This document shows positions 45,840-64,000 of a stretch of 64,000 nt of DNA, one piece after another. Source of the stretch: Amoebidium appalachense (Eukaryota > Protista > Ichthyosporea); the NCBI GenBank assembly GCA_963693365.1, contig CAVNZM010000012.1, forward strand, positions 6,956,889 through 7,020,888, in the 5' to 3' direction. The notes beneath the pieces are model-generated. The model was given only the letters and a program-made list of their open reading frames with translations. It did no database searches and had not been told where the DNA came from. The stretch's first letter is position 1. The number at the start of each line of letters is the position of its first letter. The translations under genes were made by a program, and so were the position numbers.

Positions 45840-46049
45840 TGCATGTGACCCTGTGTATGTAATGGGGTGGGTGGATGGGTCCAGCCCACTGCTAATGTTG
45901 AGATTACCACGACCTTTGCCTCTACGTTGGTGTCACCATTAGTTCCTGATGGTGTAGTAGGGCTTGAAGTTTGGTGCAATTCCTGATGGTGTAGTAGGGC
46001 TTGAAGTTTGGTGCAATTGCGTTTATGAGGTCAGCCTGAGGTAAAAAGT

Positions 46050-46110
<61 letters not shown>

Positions 46111-46513
46111 ATGTGACCCTGTGTATGTAATGGGGTGGGTGGATGGGTCCAGCCCACTGCTAATGTTGAGATTACCACGACCTTTGCCTCTACGTGGGTG
46201 TCACCATTAGTTCCTGATGGTGTAGTAGGGCTTGAAGTTTGGTGCAATTGCGTTTATGAGGTCAGCCTGAGGTAAAAAGTGGTGTGTGTGTGCGTGTGTG
46301 TGAATGTGTGTGCGTGTGTGTGTGTGTGTGTGTGTTTTTGCATGTGACCCTGTGTATGTAATGGGGTGGGTGGATGGGTCCAGCCCACTGCTAATGTTGA
46401 GATTACCACGACCTTTGCCTCTACGTTGGTGTCACCATTAGTTCCTGATGGTGTAGTAGGGCTTGAAGTTTGGTGCAATTGCGTTTATGAGGTCAGCCTG
46501 AGGTAAAAAGTGG
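45600..46513 (+). repeat. Four tandem ~178-bp units separated by (GT)n; inverted copies of 48192-48375
   Basis: Unit TTTGCATGTGACCC...CCTGAGGTAAAAAGTGG starts at ~45611, 45838, 46106 and 46337. Unit 2 has an internal 37-bp duplication. Confidence 0.95.
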
Positions 46514-46534
46514 TGTGTGTGTGCATGTGTGTGA

Positions 46535-46576
<42 letters not shown>

Positions 46577-47020
46577 CCCCTCCTCCCCTCCCCCCCCCCC
46601 TTCCCCCACTGCCGGCTCACTGGTGATCGTCAACCCTGCTTACTTCCGTTAAGTTATCTTTTTCTTCTCGCTGGCTGTGAGTTTTCCTTCTATCCTCATC
46701 CATGCTTTCAAAAAAGTTCCCCCCCCCCCCCCCCCCCCACCCCCACCCCCACCTCGCCCTCTTCCCTCCGGGACTTTTTGTCTTAAAACTTACCCAAGTT
46801 CGGCCCGTATGAGTATAGTACTTCTTGATTGATAAAGCTCGTCTGTAATCTGTTCCTTGTGCTCCTTCTTGGAGCTGCATATGTGTATGGAGGGGACACA
46901 CATTTGGGTACCTCCACCTCCGCCCCATCCATCACCCGTGCCCTCTTTCGCGGGGCACTTCGAAAGAGGGCACATGTATGCCTTTTCTCGCTGAACCCCA
47001 CGGTTTGGGGTATGTCGCTG

Positions 47021-49024
<2,004 letters not shown>

Positions 49025-49963
49025 CTGTCATGAATTTTTCCAGAATTCTTCATCTTTTGTTTTTATTATATTAAGCTGGGGTGAAAGAGGGAACAGGTGG
49101 TGGTAGTTGGTGGTGGTGGTGTGTGTGGGTGGGTGGGGGGGAGGGGGGGAAGGGGGGGGGGAGGGGGGGGGGGGGGGGGTAGATGAGGTGCTTACTTAGA
49201 TAATAGTAAAAGCTCTGAGAAGCACTTGGGGTCGGTTTTTAAAGAGCAAATAATAGCCACAAGCAACGTAATATGGCTGCACAGAGTACTTTATGCCTTT
49301 CTAAGAATATGGGTTTCGAAGGAAACATACGGTTGCATGAGGTTCTCGAACAAGCCACCGATGCAATGCTACAAACAATGGCTGTCACATATAATCATCC
49401 TTATTAATTCTTCCGTTCTCCTTATGAAAATACGAGACAAGATTATGCCAAACTAATATACAACTTTGCATTATGTGGGGGGTGTGTGGTGTTTTAGAGC
49501 GAAAACTTTCACTGAATGCACTTCGTGAACAAGCATGTACATGGTACCGTTACAGCCAATCACCAAAGGTTTCCAAATGATGCGCTTTTAGCAAATCATC
49601 GCGTTGAAAAGGTACCTATATATGGTATAGACGCGTAGTAGAGATCCTTTTGATTGGCTCATCTTTTGATGCGAATTCCACAAATCAAATGCTTTAAAGA
49701 AACCGGAATATGGTATGCTCGCGCCAAAGAGCCATCCGATGAATCGATGATCTAGGGCGGCTCAGAGAACAGAGCAGACAGCAGAGCTCGAGCGCAAACA
49801 GTGAAAAGTGTATGTTGAAGTGGGCAGGCAGTATGTGTGTAGGTAGCATTCTGCACTAACACAGTTGTCACAGCAATACCTTTATGGTTTTGGTTCTGAT
49901 AAGGTACACCAATCGTGTTTTTAGATAATCAAATTGTGAAAGACGATCCGTTATATTTTGCAG

Positions 49964-58350
<8,387 letters not shown>

Positions 58351-58413
58351 TCATACCCATGGAGATCCTGTGTAATTGTTTGCATGAAATGGAGCATGAA
58401 AGTACTCGTGTTT

Positions 58414-58540
58414 GTAAAGAGTTTGGTGTGTAGCACTTGTAATGATGCAAATTGTAGTGTAAGGAACGAAAAATCTGTAAAGGGTTTGGTGTGTAGTACT
58501 TGTAATGTTTGCATTGTGTAGTGTAAGGAACGATAGATTG
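58414..58540. repeat. 63-bp tandem duplication
   Basis: GTAAAG.GTTTGGTGTGTAG.ACTTGTAATG...TGTAGTGTAAGGAACGA occurs twice. Confidence 0.8.
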
Positions 58541-59929
58541 ATGTAGTGATGCAAGTTGCTTAGCCTAATGTTTGCGATTGGTGTATTGTTTGAGTAAATA
58601 GTGATATGAGAGTTGGTATTGGTTCAATATTTGTTATGTATCGACGACGATACTTGTATTATATAGTGCAATGTGTATATGTATCCATTCACCGTTGTGT
58701 GGCTTAGGTGCGGTGCGCCTTTTATGTGCAATTAATGTGCAGATCACAAATCGCGTATGGTAGTTTGAAATAAGACGGGCCTTTTCTATTAGCTGGGTGC
58801 AAGAATGGCAAAATGCAAGAGGTATTCACGTATCCACAGAGTTAGATTCCAGAAGAAAAAGCGTAGGGTGTTATGTTCTTCTCTTTCTTTTTTTCAGACT
58901 CGTATGTAGAGCAGTAGTTGGTGACTATGATCCCGTATGTAATTATTGGTCAGAAGGAACGAAAATCATGTACGTATAGTATGTGCATAATGTCACGAAG
59001 CTTGAATGATGCAAAAATAACAAGTATGGACATGTGTAGGCAGTTCCACGGTGTAAGTGGCCTAAATTGAATGGAACGCCGTTCGTGAACCAATGTGTAA
59101 AAAACATCGAAAACTATTTCAATCTGTACCTTAAGGCGTAAGAGTAGTAAACACCTTTCAAAAGATAAAGGAGTCTCTGTTCTCAACCTTGGTCTCCCTT
59201 CTTTTTTTTTACTTGACTTTTGGAACTCTTTGCTCTCACTTCTCTCTTCGTCAAGTTGCTTTCACTCAACCTATACCCTGCCAATATTCCTCCCTCTCCC
59301 CATAAATCTTTATTCTACCTTCTTGCACGAGGCAATGTCTGTGTTTGAAAGAGCCCCCCCCCCCCCCCCCCCCCCCCCCCGTGAGCGGGCCCAAAATAAA
59401 AAAAACCTCCACTCACCTTGGGGCTGGTACCCATCAAAAGGCAGCGGTGCAGAATATGACCTCAATAAAAAGGTTCAAATAACTCTCCACCCATCTCCTT
59501 GAAAGAAAAAAATCCCCTACACATACGTTTACCTCGCCTGCTTCTTTTCAGAAATCTCCCTCTTCCTCATCGATTTCCGGTCAACCACGCCTCCTCTCCC
59601 AGGTAAACCAGGTGCGCTTTCTCTGAGCACCGGGTATACTTGGTCTCAAAACTTCGAGGAACAAACATTCCGCAAATGCACCATGTATACCCAGGTCTCA
59701 AAGCTGCGAGCTGTTCAAGCTGTTCACAGAGCACCGGGTTAGTACCAAATCATTGAGGCTTGTTTCCGCCGAGTCCAGCCGGGCATTGCAAGTCAACTAT
59801 GACAAATTTGGCTCCTTACCCTTGATAAATCAGAGCTATGTACCTCTCAAGGCATACTATGCTAGGCAAAGTTTTGCCCAAAGGGAGGATGTTGAACTTA
59901 CCTTTTGTATGCATATGCCAGTCTGCAAA

Positions 59930-59965
<36 letters not shown>

Positions 59966-61198
59966 AGTGAGCCCCCCCCCCCCCCCCCGTTCCCTACCCT
60001 ACCCACCCACCCACCCACCCACCCAGTGCACCCACTCACCCACCCTTTATTCCACCCTCACCCCCACCCCCACAACCACCTTCCTTAAGCTTTCTCTTCC
60101 TGCCATCGTACACCTGACCGCGTCACCGGTCACCCCAATTATATAGATGTGACGAGAGCAACAATTGCAAGGCCACTTGGTGCACGTAAAGAAAGCAAAT
60201 GAAGGTGGCTCACACTCCCGCCACACATGACACTGCTCCAATCAATATCTGCTATTCTTTTTCCGAACCATGTAAGGCTAAAACAGAGATTATCAAGAAT
60301 TTTGGTCCACCGTCACCGGGCTAGCTTATCACCTTATGATCACTACTGTATGTAACCAACCAGTTCATTACCCCATCTTTTCATGTTCTCTGCATATGTA
60401 TAGCAGCTGCATTTCTCCTATGACACACGTTTCTTATTTCTTTGTATTTATCACTACAGTCTGGTCTTCTTGTATCGTCCACTCTCGCCGGCTTATCTCA
60501 TCCTTCCGATGTTGTGTTGAATCTACAGAAGTAGCTTTTTAGAAGTGTAGGGGCTTTTGCGTACGAAGGGGGTACACGTTGGAGTGCTCAAATAAGAAGC
60601 CCATCGAAGCAGGTAAGCGAGCACAAGAAGCTCAGACACGTGCACCCACGCAAACCCGAAACCACGACATATTTACTAGAACACACCCGCGTGCTCTTGC
60701 ACCGGTTCTGGAAAGGATCACACCGAGTCAAGTGGCTTGGAAACCCACTGCATTTTTCGAAAAAGCACTGCCATGCGTATTTCTTCATTGTCTGGTTGGT
60801 TTTCCAGAAGTGTGTACTGTGCGGTATCGGGTTTCCATCCAATGGTACGTTGAGCGAGTAGGCACTACTGAAGCAAGCAGGAACGACTGGGTTTCTGGGC
60901 AGCAGGAGCACGAAAACGAGAGGTGATGAAAGCTCAAAAGCTCAATTTCACAATTTTGCACAGGGGTTAATTAAACAGGAGCCATGGCTGCCATAGTTTC
61001 TTCCGTTGCTCACGTCATCACTGAGGGTTTGTTCTTTTTGGTGAGTGCCTGCACCCTCCCCCCCTCCTCCCCCCTCCCCCCCCCCCCCCCTTCCCCCCCC
61101 CCCCCCCTCCCTCCCCTCTCTCTTCTCCCCTATCCCCCTCCGTTTTTCCCCTCCCCCCCCCCCCCCCCCCCCCCAACCCTCCCCCCTTTCCCCCCCCC

Positions 61199-61242
<44 letters not shown>

Positions 61243-61272
61243 GCGTGCGCGCGCGCTCTCCCCCTATCACCC

Positions 61273-61337
<65 letters not shown>

Positions 61338-62077
61338 TTTGCGTACACATGCACATCGTTTAGCTATTAATCCCTACCGTGCACGTATGCCACATTCATA
61401 GGCTCTTAAAACAAACTGGCTTTTGATTGATTGAGTCTAAGGGAAGTATGGGTTGAGTTTGTGTGCCCTCTGTGAAGTGTATGGTGTCAAGAACTTACAG
61501 GGTGGGGTTGGGTAGGGAGGTGTGGTGAGGGATGGACAATAAGGGCGTAACGGGGGCACTCTCACATTTACATTGTTACGCCTAAAAATACATGACCCAT
61601 ATTTGCACAAGTTGAAACGTATTAGCACATCCTACTTGCATATGCTCTCTTACTCCCCCCCCCCCCCCCCCCCCCCCTCCCTCCCCTCCTCCCCCCTGCC
61701 CCCCCGCCCCCCCTCTCCCCCTTCCCCCCCTCTTCATCTCACCCCACCGTTTTTAACTCCACCTCCAAGCCCTCCCGTCCCCTCACTTGCCGATTCAGCC
61801 CTAACATGTCCTCATCTATTTAACCAGCGTCCCCCCCCCCCTCTCCCCTCCCCCCCCAAACTCCCTCCGCCTGCCCGCTCACCTCTCCCCCTCTCTTAAA
61901 ACGCTCCATCCCTCCCTCCCCCCTCTCCCGCCGCTTCCCCCTTACCCCTTCCTCCTTCACCCCCTTCTACCATCACCCTGCCTGCCCGCCCACGTCTTTC
62001 CTGGAGCGCTCCACCCCTTCCCCCCACCTCCCCCCCCCCCCTCTCCCCCTCCTCCTCCCCCCACCTCCACCTCCCCC

Positions 62078-62112
62078 GTGTATGCGTACTTCGTACTGTG
62101 TTCCGAATTCAA
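62078..62112 (+). mobile_element. 35-bp terminal fragment of subfamily A repeat inside a C-run
   Basis: GTGTATGCGTACTTCGTACTGTGTTCCGAATTCAA followed by poly(C). Confidence 0.75.
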
Positions 62113-62374
62113 CCCCCCCCCCCCCTCGCCCCCCCACCCTCCCACATCCCGCACTCACTTTTCTACCCGTTGCCACAGATCCATGCCTATGACAAGTACA
62201 TGTACACGCCAATACAATGGATCTCTGCACCGGTGGTGAGAAAAATTCCAAGGCGTGTATTTATGTTTGGGGCCGAGAGGGACATCTTTACCGCCAACAA
62301 TGTTACCTTTGCACGGACGGGGCTTTTCATACCCATGGCTTGGTTTCTTAAGGTTTACCCCCCCCCCCCCCCCC

Positions 62375-62711
62375 GCGTTTGTCGCTGCACTGCATTAGTT
62401 TGCACATACATCTTCACCGTTTTGCTCACCTTGCTTGCATAAGCAACCCTGCTCGTCTTTGATCAAGACGGGTAGACCCACCCAAGTTCAGTTGATGCTG
62501 CTGTCTGAGTTGGAGCGTCGTATATACGCGGGCTAAGGGGTCGAAACTCAGACGCAATTGATGACTTGGGCCCTCCCTGAGGATGGGCTCTGCTTATGAC
62601 GCATACTGTGCGCATGGCTGATGCTGCATACTTGAATGTTTGCCTTTGCATGTGTCCTGCACCATGCTTCTCATCGTGTATGCGTACTTCGTACTGTGTT
62701 CCGCATTCAAA
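62375..62711 (+). mobile_element. Poly(C)-inserted repeat, subfamily A
   Basis: Reverse complement of 8293-8628; poly(C) on both flanks; ends CATTCAAA. Confidence 0.85.
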
Positions 62712-63268
62712 CCCCCCCCCCCCCCCCTCCCCCCTTCCCCCGGCATCCGTTCGCTCTTCCCTGCTGCTTTCACTCCCCCCCTCCCCCCCCTTTGGCCCCT
62801 TCCCCCCCCCCCCCCCCCCTCTTCCCCCTCATTTCCATCCCTCCCCTCTCCCTCTCCCCACCACCACCCATACGTTGGCTCTTTCTATCCGTCCCCCCCC
62901 CCCCCCCCTCCCCTCTGGCCCTTGCTATCTTCGCATGCAACCCCCCCCCCCCCCCCTCCCCGGCGACACCCTCCTTCCTTCACATCCCCCCATATACATA
63001 TGATACGGGCGTCATGATACACAACATTCCGCCAAAGCTCCAACCCACACGATTGGAGCCGCAGGTTTTGTTGCCCAGCAGAACGATAGAACGAACAGAG
63101 GCAAACACTTTATCCCGTAACAGTAGTTGAGTTTTCTTCGTAAATGTTGAAGAAATTTTCGCCACATGCATATGGTAGTTGGCCTATACTGTACATGGGC
63201 CCGAGATCCACATATGTGCATGCAGGCAGACGTGTTTACGGATATAGACACACTAATGCGAGTGTATC

Positions 63269-63300
<32 letters not shown>

Positions 63301-63308
63301 GACACACC

Positions 63309-63348
<40 letters not shown>

Positions 63349-63645
63349 TCACCCACCCACACACAGACACAGACACATACCTTTTGCCTTCCTTTCCTTC
63401 CCTTATTTACCCCCGTTGTCTCTCCCCTTCCCCCCCCCCCCCCCCCCCCCCACCCCACCCACCCACCCACCCACCCCCCCCCCCCCCCCCCCCCCCACCT
63501 CCACCCCCCCTTGAGACCCTTCCGTTTCACCCCACATCCCATTTCATTTCCCCTTCATCTAGGAAGCAGGAGAGAAGAAAGTTGAAGCCGATTGGTGCCC
63601 CAAAGAATAAAGAAAGGCACTTTGAATATGCTTGTGCATGATAGA

Positions 63646-63998
63646 GGTCGGATGCATGTAGGGCTAAATTAGCCCTTTTAGCTCTGACGATCTATCATAT
63701 TTATCAATGCGATTGGGCAATCAGTCGATCGTCATCTATTTAGATCGTACATTTAGCCCTGAATCACCCGCGGTTTAGAAGAAGGGGGGGGTCTCTCTAA
63801 ATTAGCCCAAATAGCTCAGCGGCTTGATTGGCTAAACCGATTTGATTCAAGATCGCGATTGGTCAATCTTACCCAATCGCGGCGTCGATTCAGACTCTCA
63901 GTCAATTTAGCTGGATAGCCCTGTATGCATCGTACCGAAAGGCTATCAGGGCTATTAGGGCTAAATTGGGGCTATTTTGGCCCTACATGCATCCGACC
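63646..63998. mobile_element. 353-bp MITE, possibly Harbinger-like
   Basis: 19-bp perfect TIR GGTCGGATGCATGTAGGGC / GCCCTACATGCATCCGACC, with internal GGGCTA/TAGCCC repeats. Left flank ends AGA; right flank begins AG at the window edge. Confidence 0.85.
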
Positions 63999-64000
63999 AG

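Noticed and set aside
45600-46513. CRISPR-like repeat-spacer array
   Set aside because: Units are ~178 bp, the spacers are (GT)n, the context is eukaryotic and there are no cas genes.
59150-60540. Myb-like words (REWTIQED, RWTKILD) on the minus strand
   Set aside because: The frames contain several stops and I could not build a consistent exon chain; possibly a decayed gene but unsupported.
62550-62600. SECIS element or canonical hammerhead in the poly(C) repeat
   Set aside because: ATGA is present but the 3' GA of the quartet and the apical AA are missing; the hammerhead core words are not arranged with compatible stems I-III.

Overview
Eukaryotic nuclear DNA saturated with poly(C)/poly(G) and (CA)n/(GT)n tracts. 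Most of the ORF track is repeat-derived noise, and the real genes are spliced. Host taxonomy cannot be fixed; an animal-like ABCB6 N-terminus and cbEGF repeats suggest an opisthokont, possibly a unicellular holozoan (inference only). Host genes: an ABCB6/HMT1 half-transporter with 18 exons in the window (minus strand, 17654 to 1298, 3' end outside), an intronless F-box/LRR gene, an intronless secreted protein with 7 cbEGF repeats, a spliced plus-strand gene with a CENP-C-like motif, and two spliced minus-strand genes of unknown product. Mobile DNA: a stop-free Penelope-like RT fragment in an ABCB6 intron, a structured repeat family always inserted in poly(C), a MITE, and a likely P-element-type excision footprint. 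The standout is a 4455-bp PIF/Harbinger-type element (37181-41635, TAA duplication). It carries an internally deleted THAP-DDE transposase and, tail-to-tail, an EXO1/XPG-family nuclease, where related ISL2EU elements carry a YqaJ exonuclease. All calls are from manual reading; no searches were run. Single-base lesions next to repeats may be sequencing errors.
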